A stretch of 64,000 nt of DNA from an uncultured Nitrospiraceae bacterium (GTDB lineage Bacteria; Nitrospirota; Thermodesulfovibrionia; Thermodesulfovibrionales; Dissulfurispiraceae). The stretch lies in assembly GCA_947085205.1 (NCBI GenBank), contig CAMTVO010000014.1, positions 17,946-81,945 on the forward strand, read 5' to 3'. Below, in pieces: positions 1-8,575 of the stretch. Below the pieces are notes generated by a model, which was not told the origin of the DNA, made no database searches, and saw only the letters and a program-made list of their open reading frames with translations. Position 1 is the stretch's first letter. Every line of letters begins with the position of its first letter. Both the position numbers and the translations under genes were made by a program.

Positions 1-762
1 ACAATAAAGGTGATGAGGGAACATATGGAAGTAGTCAGGAAAGCGATGGAAAAACAAAAAAACATTTCAAATCCCCCCTTATCCCCCTTTTCTAAACTCC
101 TAACTCCTAACTCTCAACTCTCAACTATAATTGGTGTCCATCTTGAAGGGCCTTTCTTGAACCCGTCCAAATGCGGCGCATTAAATGCAATAACATTCAT
201 AGAGCCTACAGAATACAATTTCAAAGAACTCATAGAAGGTTTTGAGGATGTAATCAAGATAATCACCATTGCACCTGAAATAAACGGAGCGACAAAACTT
301 ATAAAAAATACAACTGATATGGGAATCATCGCAAGCATGGGACATTCCGATGCAACATATTCTGAGGCTGAAGCAGGCTTTCATGCAGGCGCAAAAGGTA
401 TCACTCACATATTCAACGCCACGAGGGGCTTTCATCACAGAGAGCCCGGAATTGCCGGTTTCGGGCTTTTAAATAAGGACATTTATATCGAAGTCATTGC
501 AGACCCTTATCATCTGCACCAAAAGACCATTGAACTGATATTTAAAACAAAGAATCCTGACAGAATAATTATTGTCTCTGATTCGGTAAAAGAGGCAACA
601 CCATTCACCAAAAGTCAGGGAGTTATGGACACGCATGGCAAACTCTTAGGTGGCTGTATAACTATTGCAGAATCCTCTCAGAGGCTCATTGAAATGGGCT
701 TTGACGAGGATGTTATAATAAAATGTATAACAGAAAATCCTGAAAGGTATCTAAATCAGTAA
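1..762 (+). CDS. nagA: N-acetylglucosamine-6-phosphate deacetylase, C-terminal ~250 aa (5' end outside window)
   Basis: Frame open from nt 1. Amidohydrolase/NagA-type motifs IGVHLEGPF, GHSDATY, ITHIFNA, REPGIAG, IVSDS. Stop at 760-762. Carries a repeat-derived in-frame segment at nt 71-126. Confidence 0.8.
   Translation, partial: TIKVMREHMEVVRKAMEKQKNISNPPLSPFSKLLTPNSQLSTIIGVHLEGPFLNPSKCGALNAITFIEPTEYNFKELIEGFEDVIKIITIAPEINGATKLIKNTTDMGIIASMGHSDATYSEAEAGFHAGAKGITHIFNATRGFHHREPGIAGFGLLNKDIYIEVIADPYHLHQKTIELIFKTKNPDRIIIVSDSVKEATPFTKSQGVMDTHGKLLGGCITIAESSQRLIEMGFDEDVIIKCITENPERYLNQ
95..126. repeat. Heptamer array AACTCCT x2, AACTCTC x2 (+partial) inside the nagA CDS
   Basis: Tandem 7-nt periodicity read directly. 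Preceded by two C-run units (71-89). Confidence 0.85.
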
Positions 763-809
763 TGTGTAATGTGTAATGTGTAATGTGTGTAATGAGTGAT
801 GAGTAAAGA
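759..809. repeat. Heptamer array GTAATGT x4 plus degenerate units (GTAATGA, GTGATGA, GTAAAGA)
   Basis: Spans the nagA stop codon, the spacer and the start codon of the M48 protease gene. Confidence 0.9.
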
Positions 810-2292
810 GTTAAAAATAAAAAATTTACTGCCCGCAAGAAAAGAAATTCTGTTACTGCTTACTGCTTACTGCCTACTGCTCACTTTTTTTGGCTGTGCC
901 ATCAACCCTGTAACAGGACAGAGGGAGCTGATGTTCATATCCGAAAATCAGGAAATAGAGTTTGGTAAAAAGCTTTATCCAAATACCTTATGGGGTGACC
1001 TCGGCGGCGGAGGAGAATATAAAGACGAAAAACTAAAGACCTATTTAAAAGATATTGTCGTCAGAATTCACGGCGTTTCTCACAGACCGGGTCTGCCTGT
1101 TCAATTCGCAATCCAGAACAGTTCCGTTCCCAATGCATGGGCTATACCGGGATATGTGGTAATGACAAGAGGATTACTTGCAGCGCTTGATAGCGAGGCA
1201 GAATTCACATTCGTCATGGGGCATGAAATGGGACATGTATCTGCAAGGCATTCAGCAAGGCAGATAACCCGCGGGATGCTGCATCAAATAGGGCTTGGCG
1301 CTGCAGGCATTGCGCTGGAAGACAGGGAAGCCTCTGACATTGCATTAAGACTCGGCGCAGTGGGCAGCAGCCTCTTGCTCCTGAAATACAGCAGGGACGA
1401 TGAACTCCAAGCCGACAGGCTCGGTATCCAATACATGACGAATCTCGGATATAACCCGGAAAATGCTGTCAGCGCTCATAAAAATTTAGAGAGAGCATCC
1501 CATGAATATCTGAAATCTTTGGGCAAAAATGCAGAGGAACGTAGTTTCTTTGAAGACCTGCTCTCGACACACCCGAGGACAGCGGCGAGGATTGAAGAGA
1601 TCCAGAGCATTATAAATGAGATGAGACCGTTTAAAGTTACAGAAGATGGGACAAACAGAGAGCGTTTTAAGAATATGATTGCAGAACTGAAAAACACCAA
1701 CAGAATTTATACAGGATATTATGACAATGCTGTGAGGGCATTCGGAAAGAATAACATGGATGAGGCAGACCATCTCACATCAAAGGCAATAAAGGCAGAT
1801 GAAGGCCAGCCTCCATTCCATACGCTTAAAGGTTTCATAATGCTGAGGAAAAAAGACTATAATGAAGCGGAAAAGTATTTTAATGTTGCCCTAAGCATCG
1901 ATAAAGATTACGAGCCGGCTCTAAGGGGTATGGGCACAATCAGATATTTCAGGGGTGATTATTCAGAAGGCATAAGTTATCTGAAAAGAAGCATATCTCT
2001 TTTTCCGCAGGACATATCAGCCCACTACTTTTTAGGCATGAGTTATTACAAAATGAGAATGTACAAAACAGCAATACCGCATTTGAGGCTATTTGCTGAT
2101 GCACAGCCAAGACATCCCGAAATACACGGCATATTGGGCATATGCTATGAGAATATAAATGACCTTTATTCAGCCTACAATGAATATATTGCCCAACTTA
2201 AAGTCGCCCCGAACACTGAGATGGGAAGACACGCAGCATCAAGGGTAGCTGCTTTGAGACTCATCATCGAAGGTTCAAAGATAAGACGATAA
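799..2292 (+). CDS. M48-family zinc metalloprotease with C-terminal TPR repeats (BepA-like), probable lipoprotein
   Basis: HEMGH zinc motif. C-terminal TPR-like repeats (YNEAEKYFNVALSIDKDYEPA etc.). N-terminal signal ending LLTFFGC (lipobox-like). ATG 799 preferred over GTG 796. Confidence 0.8.
   Translation: MSKELKIKNLLPARKEILLLLTAYCLLLTFFGCAINPVTGQRELMFISENQEIEFGKKLYPNTLWGDLGGGGEYKDEKLKTYLKDIVVRIHGVSHRPGLPVQFAIQNSSVPNAWAIPGYVVMTRGLLAALDSEAEFTFVMGHEMGHVSARHSARQITRGMLHQIGLGAAGIALEDREASDIALRLGAVGSSLLLLKYSRDDELQADRLGIQYMTNLGYNPENAVSAHKNLERASHEYLKSLGKNAEERSFFEDLLSTHPRTAARIEEIQSIINEMRPFKVTEDGTNRERFKNMIAELKNTNRIYTGYYDNAVRAFGKNNMDEADHLTSKAIKADEGQPPFHTLKGFIMLRKKDYNEAEKYFNVALSIDKDYEPALRGMGTIRYFRGDYSEGISYLKRSISLFPQDISAHYFLGMSYYKMRMYKTAIPHLRLFADAQPRHPEIHGILGICYENINDLYSAYNEYIAQLKVAPNTEMGRHAASRVAALRLIIEGSKIRR
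850..884. repeat. Heptamer array (CTGTTAC, TGCTTAC x2, TGCCTAC, TGCTCAC) encoding the signal peptide of the M48 protease
   Basis: Five units. Translated as LLLLTAYCLLLT. Confidence 0.9.
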
Positions 2293-2293
2293 A

Positions 2294-4138
2294 TTAAAGT
2301 CCGGCAATGAGTTTATGGAGCATTGGATATTTTTCTTTTAACAGTATGCTGTTTTCTTTCAGCAGCCTTAATCCCTCCGGAATGTGTTTTAAAAAATATT
2401 TTTTGCCCTTTACCAGCGAAAGAAAACCATAAGCGCCAAGCGCCTGCATGTGCCTCTGGATCCGGCATAGAAGAAGCGATTCGATGAGGTCTTTTTCATT
2501 AAGCATATTCTCAATTTGATTGACATAATATTCCAGCAGCCTTTCCCTCATATCGCCAGAAAGCCTGAAATAAGGGTCCCAGAGCATCGATGCAATATCA
2601 TATGCAGGCGGCCCTATTCTTGCGCCCTGATAATCTATAACTCTCGGCACATCGCCTTTAGCAATCATAATATTCTGCGACTGGAAATCACGATGGATTA
2701 TAGTCTTTTGATAGGAGTCAGCCTTTAACGCCAGCCTGTGAAATTCTTCGTCCAGCTCAGGCATATCTTCAATCGTAATTCTTTTTATCGGTTTTATAAA
2801 CCTCTCGATAAAATAATCCGACTCCCATCTGAAATGCTCATAATCAAAGATTCTTTCCTGAAGGCAGCGGCATTCAGAAACATTTTGGGTTGCAGCGGTA
2901 TGAATAAGCACTGCAATATCTATGACTTTCCTGTATATTTTTTCTATCTGTCCCGAATCCCGTAGCCATTTAAGCCAACTGTAAAGTGACACATCACCGA
3001 GGTCTTCAAACAGTGCAGTCATATCGTCAATATTTACATCTATCAATTCGGGAACAGGTATATCATGTCTTCTGAAAAACCTCGTGTATTCTATATGTCT
3101 TTTAAAGTCAGGGTCATCTTTGCCGTATTTAACAAATACATGAGTTGAATCCCCTTTTCGTACTCTGTAATATTTCCTGTCAGATCCGCCTGTACCGATA
3201 AGGATTAATCTGTTATTATCGGCTGTTCCGAGCATTTCTGATTCGCTTAACCGTATCTCAAAATCAGGCCCGATTATACAATTCTCATAATCCTTTTTAT
3301 CAGTCCTGCTTCCTTGAAGGACAATGCAATTTCTGAGTGATGACCCCTCGCTAAAAACACACCCTGCTTCTATTGATATATATCCATCCAATTCAATATT
3401 TGCACATTCTTTTGCTGAAGGATGAATATAGACTGTTTCACCTCCAGCCCTCAATGCATCAATAACGGCAGAGGCATAGGCAGCAGGGCTTCCAATGTCT
3501 GTCCAGCAGCATCCGGTCACATCCATCGTGCCTATTTTATAACCGGCATCTATGGCCTTAATCCATGCATCCACAACACTTGATATGCCTGAAGGAAGGA
3601 ATCTCAGAAACTCAGGCTCATAAACAGCAATGCCGGTGAATGCCTTTACATTTTGATTTTTCGATAAACTATCTATTCCTTTGAAACAGCCTGTTTCATC
3701 AATCACGACATTGTTGAAACAGGGGTAATCATGCACAGCAAGTGTGGCCATATTTCTTGACGAATAATGAAAATCAAGAAGCGCTTTTAGATCAATGTCA
3801 GAAATTATGTCAGAATTGTGCACGAGAAGAGTTCCATCACAGAGCAATCCCTCTGCATTCTTTAATGCGCCGCCTGTTCCCAAGATTGGGTCTTCGTGAA
3901 AAAATTTTAGTTTGTCTTTAAATGGAGAACCGTTTATGTAATCTTTTATCCGCTCCCCCTTATAGTGAAGGTTGATTGCAATGCTGTCTGGACAAAGAGC
4001 GATGACCTTTTCCAGAACAAGTCCTAAAACAGATTTTCCAAGAATATGCAATAAAGGTTTCGGTATGCGGTATGTGATCGGTCTAAGCCTTTCACCAAGC
4101 CCGGCAGCGGGGATAAAAACATTGAGCCTCTTATTCAT
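2294..4138 (-). CDS. Fusion protein: sugar-1-phosphate nucleotidyltransferase (MurU-like) + left-handed beta-helix + APH-type kinase (AmgK-like)
   Basis: N-terminus IPAAGLGERLRPITYRIPKPLL (NTP-transferase G-loop). Middle hexapeptide-like segment. C-terminus has Brenner motif IIHRDFQSQNIMI, typical of AmgK/COG3178 kinases. Neighbours are nagA and a DUF1343 gene. Confidence 0.65.
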   Translation of the reverse strand: MNKRLNVFIPAAGLGERLRPITYRIPKPLLHILGKSVLGLVLEKVIALCPDSIAINLHYKGERIKDYINGSPFKDKLKFFHEDPILGTGGALKNAEGLLCDGTLLVHNSDIISDIDLKALLDFHYSSRNMATLAVHDYPCFNNVVIDETGCFKGIDSLSKNQNVKAFTGIAVYEPEFLRFLPSGISSVVDAWIKAIDAGYKIGTMDVTGCCWTDIGSPAAYASAVIDALRAGGETVYIHPSAKECANIELDGYISIEAGCVFSEGSSLRNCIVLQGSRTDKKDYENCIIGPDFEIRLSESEMLGTADNNRLILIGTGGSDRKYYRVRKGDSTHVFVKYGKDDPDFKRHIEYTRFFRRHDIPVPELIDVNIDDMTALFEDLGDVSLYSWLKWLRDSGQIEKIYRKVIDIAVLIHTAATQNVSECRCLQERIFDYEHFRWESDYFIERFIKPIKRITIEDMPELDEEFHRLALKADSYQKTIIHRDFQSQNIMIAKGDVPRVIDYQGARIGPPAYDIASMLWDPYFRLSGDMRERLLEYYVNQIENMLNEKDLIESLLLCRIQRHMQALGAYGFLSLVKGKKYFLKHIPEGLRLLKENSILLKEKYPMLHKLIAGL

Positions 4139-4226
4139 AAAGCAGATAGTGCTTCCTTACATTCTTTGCAAATAAAGAACATTCGGCGCTCCACCACTCT
4201 TCCATTTCATCAATGCCTTTACCGTC

Positions 4227-5306
4227 TTATATATCATTCCTGGGCCTGCTGCCTCCTGCAAGAATATCTATTGGCATCTTTATTGTCTCATACTCGTATG
4301 GAGGCTCTTTCCATTTGAAGTCATCTGGATAAAGGTCATACACTGCCTTGATTATGGCAACGCCTGTCTTAAAAGATTTGAATTTCTTTCTGTCTGTTAC
4401 ATGGATTTGCGCGCCGCCGCATAGCTTTCCTGCATATTTCTGAAATGTGGGCTGAAAATACATAGGCCTGAAAACTACTCCCGGCAGATTGAATTCTTTA
4501 AGTCTATCGACCAGCGCATCGGAATCAATAAACGGCGCTCCGAATATTTCGAACGGTTTCGTTGTGCCGCGTCCCTCGCTGAGCATTGTCCCTTCTAAAA
4601 GACACATTCCGGGATACACAATGGCAGCATCAATCGTAGGCATATTGGGAGAAGGCAATACCCAAGGAAGTTTCGTGTCGTCAAAAAACATATCCCTTTT
4701 CCAACCTCTCATTGCAATGACATGAAAATCAAGAAATGAATAGAATTCATTCCTCAGATAATTCCCTATCTCTCCGATTGTCATGCCATGCCTTACAGGG
4801 AGAGGTCTCAGCCCGACAAAGGACGAATAGTCAGTATCAAGCACAGGGCCCTCGGTGATATATCCTCCGATTGGATTCGGCCTGTCGAGAATTATGATAG
4901 ATTTGGATATCTCAAGACATGCCTGCATGCAGAGTTCCATCGTCCATATGAAGGTGTAATAGCGCGAGCCTACATCCTGCATATCTATTACCATGACATC
5001 AATGTTTTTCAACATTTGAGACTCTGGTTTTCTCGTATGTCCGTAAAGGCTGTAAACGGGAAGCCCTGTTTTTTTGTCTTTGAACCCATCCCATTCAATC
5101 ATGTTGTCCTGAGTCTCGCCTCTGATTCCGTGCTGCGGGCCGAATAAAGACTTCAATCGGAACTTTTTCGACTTCAAAGCAACATCGATTGAGTGTTTAA
5201 GACTTCTGTTTACGGACGCAGGATGCACCACAAGCCCAATGCTTGCGCCGCTAAGGTTTTTAGGCCAATGTTTCTCTATGATGTCTAATCCTGTCAATAT
5301 ACGCAT
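4227..5306 (-). CDS. DUF1343 family protein (NamZ-like exo-beta-N-acetylmuramidase candidate)
   Basis: N-terminus MRILTGLDII...IGLVVHPASVN and length (~360 aa) fit DUF1343/YbbC-NamZ as I recall the family. Confidence 0.65.
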   Translation of the reverse strand: MRILTGLDIIEKHWPKNLSGASIGLVVHPASVNRSLKHSIDVALKSKKFRLKSLFGPQHGIRGETQDNMIEWDGFKDKKTGLPVYSLYGHTRKPESQMLKNIDVMVIDMQDVGSRYYTFIWTMELCMQACLEISKSIIILDRPNPIGGYITEGPVLDTDYSSFVGLRPLPVRHGMTIGEIGNYLRNEFYSFLDFHVIAMRGWKRDMFFDDTKLPWVLPSPNMPTIDAAIVYPGMCLLEGTMLSEGRGTTKPFEIFGAPFIDSDALVDRLKEFNLPGVVFRPMYFQPTFQKYAGKLCGGAQIHVTDRKKFKSFKTGVAIIKAVYDLYPDDFKWKEPPYEYETIKMPIDILAGGSRPRNDI

Positions 5307-5376
5307 GGCATTAGAGCTATTAAATTCTTCTTCGGCATCGATATTCCTTCCTTTTCCCTTGCTCTAAAATTCATCC

Positions 5377-7335
5377 TTACCCCTCAAACATCACTTTTCC
5401 CATATCCCTCGTATCATATCCTCCGAGGGATTCGACGGTAGCTCTGAATTCCTTGTTATTCCTTATGACGTCCAGTAATATCCTTATCATCTGCATATCC
5501 ATAAACTCTGCCGGAATTCCGATATCATAGCGCTCGCTGGCAACAGTGATAAAGTCGAGGCCGAGGGCCTTTGCAGAGGAATAGACTGCAAGTCCTGTAT
5601 CCGCAAGACCGGTGAGCACGGCTGATGCGACAGCCATATGTGTATATTCTTCCCTATCATATCCCTTGACCATATAGGGATTAATTCCAAGCTCCCTGAG
5701 ATGTTTATCAAGAAGCAGTCTCGTTCCCGAGCCTGACTGCCTGTTAATAAAAATCACATCATCCCTTATGAGGTCTTCAAAACCGTTGATATTCTTTGGA
5801 TTGCCTTTTTTTACAAGAAGCCCCTGCTGGCGATAAACAAGATTAACAAGAATAATCTTTCTGTCGGACAGCAATCTCTTGATAAACGGTATATTGTATT
5901 CCCCTGTCTGTTCATCCAACAGATGTGTTCCTGCAATATGCGCCTCTTTTCTCTTCAATGCCGTCAATCCGCCCATTGAGCCGACATGGGCTGATGACAG
6001 AGAAAATTCAGGATGGTTCTTCTTTATGGTATTTGCAAGGATGTCCAGTGTATTGTCATGGCTTCCTATGCATACGATAGTATTTTTAATCTCATTCTTA
6101 TTCCTCATCAGTTCTACTTCAACTTCAGTCCCTGCCTGTAAGCCTTCCGAGTTCACGGGAATTTTCAAAATACCGTCTGCCCTCACGAGGGACATAAGCA
6201 ATCCCGCTCCCCTGCCGACAGGAGTAGCAATATATTTATCATCGACAACTCCAACCTTTACCCTGATAAATTCATCCACACCCAATAGAGATGCAATCTG
6301 TCTTGAGATTTTAGCCTTTATCTTTTCATTTTCTTCCACAGCAACCCCCAATAGCCTTGCAATAACAGGCTTCACGAATAACTGGAATGTGAGATATGCT
6401 GAAACAGGATAGCCCGGAATGCCGAATACAGGCTTGTTATTAACAAAGCCTGCAATTAAGGGTTTGCCGGGTTTTATCGAAACACCGTTTATAATCACTT
6501 CTCCTAATTCCTTTATGGCTGTCAATGTATAGTCCTTTGAGCCTCTTCCTGCGCCTGCATTAATAAGAACAATATCTGATACCTTTGATGCCGCGCTTAT
6601 AGCCTTTTTAATTTCATCTAAATCATCTTTGACAATATTAAATCTTACAGCCTCTGCGCCGTATTCATTTGCAAGACCTGAAAACATCGATGAGTTGTAC
6701 TCTATTATCTCAGGAGGCTCAGGCGGCCTGTTTATTACAACATCAGGTTCGATAATCTCAGTGCCTGTCGGGATTACTGCAATCTTCGGCCTTTTCCTTG
6801 CAGATACTTCAATATGGCCGCTTGCGAGCATTGCTCCCATGTCTATTGGTCTTATTTTGTGGTTTTCGGAAATAATAAGCTCAGTTGCAACGATGTCCTC
6901 TCCGATTGTCCTTACATGCTGATACGGCGTAACAGGCTCATAAATCTCTATGCATTCCTCCTCTTGCCTCTCGCCTCTCGCCTCTCGCTTGATTATATTC
7001 ACATCTTCAATCATGATAACTGCATTGAAACCTTGAGGCATGGGGTCGCCTGTATCCACATACACAGTGTCGTATCCGATTTTCAGCATGTATGGAGATG
7101 TTTCTGATGCTGTGAATGTATCTGCAAATCTCACTGCATATCCGTCCATTGCAGCGGAGTGATAAAACGGCGATGAATACCTTGCAAATACAGGCTCTGC
7201 AGTTATACGGCCAAGGGATTCGGTAACATTTATAATCTCAGAAGGAAGGCGGTGCAGGCCTCTCTCATCAAAGTGATGAAAAAGGACTTTAATTGCTTCT
7301 TCGAGTGAAAGGCTGTCAAGGAATACAGATTTCAT
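5377..7335 (-). CDS. moeA: Molybdopterin molybdenumtransferase MoeA fused to a C-terminal periplasmic-binding-protein-like domain
   Basis: MoeA N-terminal and MoCF-binding regions (SPFYHSAAMDGYAV, PTGTEI, INAGAGRGSKDY, SIKPGKP). ~230-aa C-terminal PBP-like extension. Repeat-derived insert REARGERQEEE. Confidence 0.75.
   Translation of the reverse strand: MKSVFLDSLSLEEAIKVLFHHFDERGLHRLPSEIINVTESLGRITAEPVFARYSSPFYHSAAMDGYAVRFADTFTASETSPYMLKIGYDTVYVDTGDPMPQGFNAVIMIEDVNIIKREARGERQEEECIEIYEPVTPYQHVRTIGEDIVATELIISENHKIRPIDMGAMLASGHIEVSARKRPKIAVIPTGTEIIEPDVVINRPPEPPEIIEYNSSMFSGLANEYGAEAVRFNIVKDDLDEIKKAISAASKVSDIVLINAGAGRGSKDYTLTAIKELGEVIINGVSIKPGKPLIAGFVNNKPVFGIPGYPVSAYLTFQLFVKPVIARLLGVAVEENEKIKAKISRQIASLLGVDEFIRVKVGVVDDKYIATPVGRGAGLLMSLVRADGILKIPVNSEGLQAGTEVEVELMRNKNEIKNTIVCIGSHDNTLDILANTIKKNHPEFSLSSAHVGSMGGLTALKRKEAHIAGTHLLDEQTGEYNIPFIKRLLSDRKIILVNLVYRQQGLLVKKGNPKNINGFEDLIRDDVIFINRQSGSGTRLLLDKHLRELGINPYMVKGYDREEYTHMAVASAVLTGLADTGLAVYSSAKALGLDFITVASERYDIGIPAEFMDMQMIRILLDVIRNNKEFRATVESLGGYDTRDMGKVMFEG
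6957..6988. repeat. Heptamer array CTCTCGC x3 (+ CTCTTGC) inside moeA
   Basis: Read directly. Encodes REARGERQE on the minus strand. Confidence 0.85.
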
Positions 7336-7347
7336 CTGGAGGTGAAA

Positions 7348-7728
7348 TTATTTTGCCGATGCTTCTTTATTCGGAAAGTCTATTACCTTTGTTTCGTCCT
7401 TTTGTATAAATGAGCGGCCTTCAAAAATACCGCCCTCGGCAACAGATAGTTTGCTTGTATGAATGTCGCCGAAGAGCTTGCCTGTATGCTTAATCTCCAC
7501 AAGCTCTTCCGCACTGATACTGCCGTCCACCCTGCCGCCTATTACAACACACCTGGCCTTTATGTCGCCTGCAACAGATGCATCATCTCCGAGAATAACC
7601 GAATCAGCAATGATATTCCCAGTTATTTTACCGTCTATACGCATAGTTCCTTGAGCAGCAATATCCCCTTTGAACTCGGAGTTTGAACCGATCAGCGCCT
7701 CCAGCTTATTGTTTTTCTTTAGGAACAT
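7348..7728 (-). CDS. Bactofilin (polymer-forming cytoskeletal protein)
   Basis: Repetitive beta-helix pattern: G.IGS...F.GDI...G.MRIDG...G.I......V.I...G.V.G. Strong SD AAGGAGG 6 nt upstream of ATG 7728. Confidence 0.8.
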   Translation of the reverse strand: MFLKKNNKLEALIGSNSEFKGDIAAQGTMRIDGKITGNIIADSVILGDDASVAGDIKARCVVIGGRVDGSISAEELVEIKHTGKLFGDIHTSKLSVAEGGIFEGRSFIQKDETKVIDFPNKEASAK

Positions 7729-8575
7729 TTTTAGCCTCCTTGATAAAAGACATCGGATTTACAGCCTTGCCGTTATGCCATACCTCATAATGCAGATGAG
7801 GGCCTGTAGTGTTTCCGGTAGAGCCTATATGTGCAATAATATCGCCCCTCTTTACCTTCTGCCCTACCTTTACAGCGTTTGAACTGTTGTGAGCATAAAA
7901 TGAGGAGTAGCCAAATCCATGCTCTATGACTACAAGATTGCCGTTTCCAGCGCTCCAGCCGGAAAAGCTGACTATTCCGTCAGCAGTTGCCTTAACAGGT
8001 GCCCCCATGCTGGCAGAGATATCCAGTCCTGAGTGAAACTCCTGTTTTCCATGTATCGGGTTTTCTCTACCGCCAAACTCGGATGTTATTCTTCCGACAA
8101 TAGGCCAGCCCTTTGGGGTTGCCATATAGATGTCCTTTTGGTTCCTCAAGAATTCCTTGATGTCCGTAACCTTTTCCACGGTATTCTTTATCTGGTCTTT
8201 TAATATATCCATATCGAGAGAGCCTGCATCGTGTGTATTGATTTTTGTGTCAACATTTTCGAGTATCTTTTCCTTACTTTTGAAAGATAAAATCCTTTTA
8301 AACTCAGCCTCTGCTTTTTCAAGCGTTGATATTGTGGACTTCAGCTCTACGAATTGTGACGTGTAAAAGTTCAATTTGCTCTTCATATCGTAGTATTCGA
8401 CCGTATCTATCGCTATGGAAACGACATAAACGGAACCTACAAGCCATAGTAAAACCGAAGAAAATACGCCTATAGATGGAAGTTTTATATTGATTGTGCG
8501 CTTGCTGTCATGCGGTATCATCATGATAGTGACCGGGGTAAAAAGCCTTTTTAAAAATCGTTTAATTTTATACAT
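7706..8575 (-). CDS. M23 (LytM) family metallopeptidase with N-terminal TM helix and coiled coil
   Basis: HSGLDISA, GNLVVIEHG, STGNTTGPHLHYEV motifs. Overlaps the bactofilin start by 23 nt. Confidence 0.85.
   Translation of the reverse strand: MYKIKRFLKRLFTPVTIMMIPHDSKRTINIKLPSIGVFSSVLLWLVGSVYVVSIAIDTVEYYDMKSKLNFYTSQFVELKSTISTLEKAEAEFKRILSFKSKEKILENVDTKINTHDAGSLDMDILKDQIKNTVEKVTDIKEFLRNQKDIYMATPKGWPIVGRITSEFGGRENPIHGKQEFHSGLDISASMGAPVKATADGIVSFSGWSAGNGNLVVIEHGFGYSSFYAHNSSNAVKVGQKVKRGDIIAHIGSTGNTTGPHLHYEVWHNGKAVNPMSFIKEAKNVPKEKQ

Noticed and set aside
2290-2296. Convergent stop codons 1 bp apart with no terminator between the M48 protease and the MurU-AmgK-like gene
   Set aside because: It is real in the sequence but is probably just tight packing. 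It is noted within the peptidoglycan-recycling finding rather than as a separate signal.
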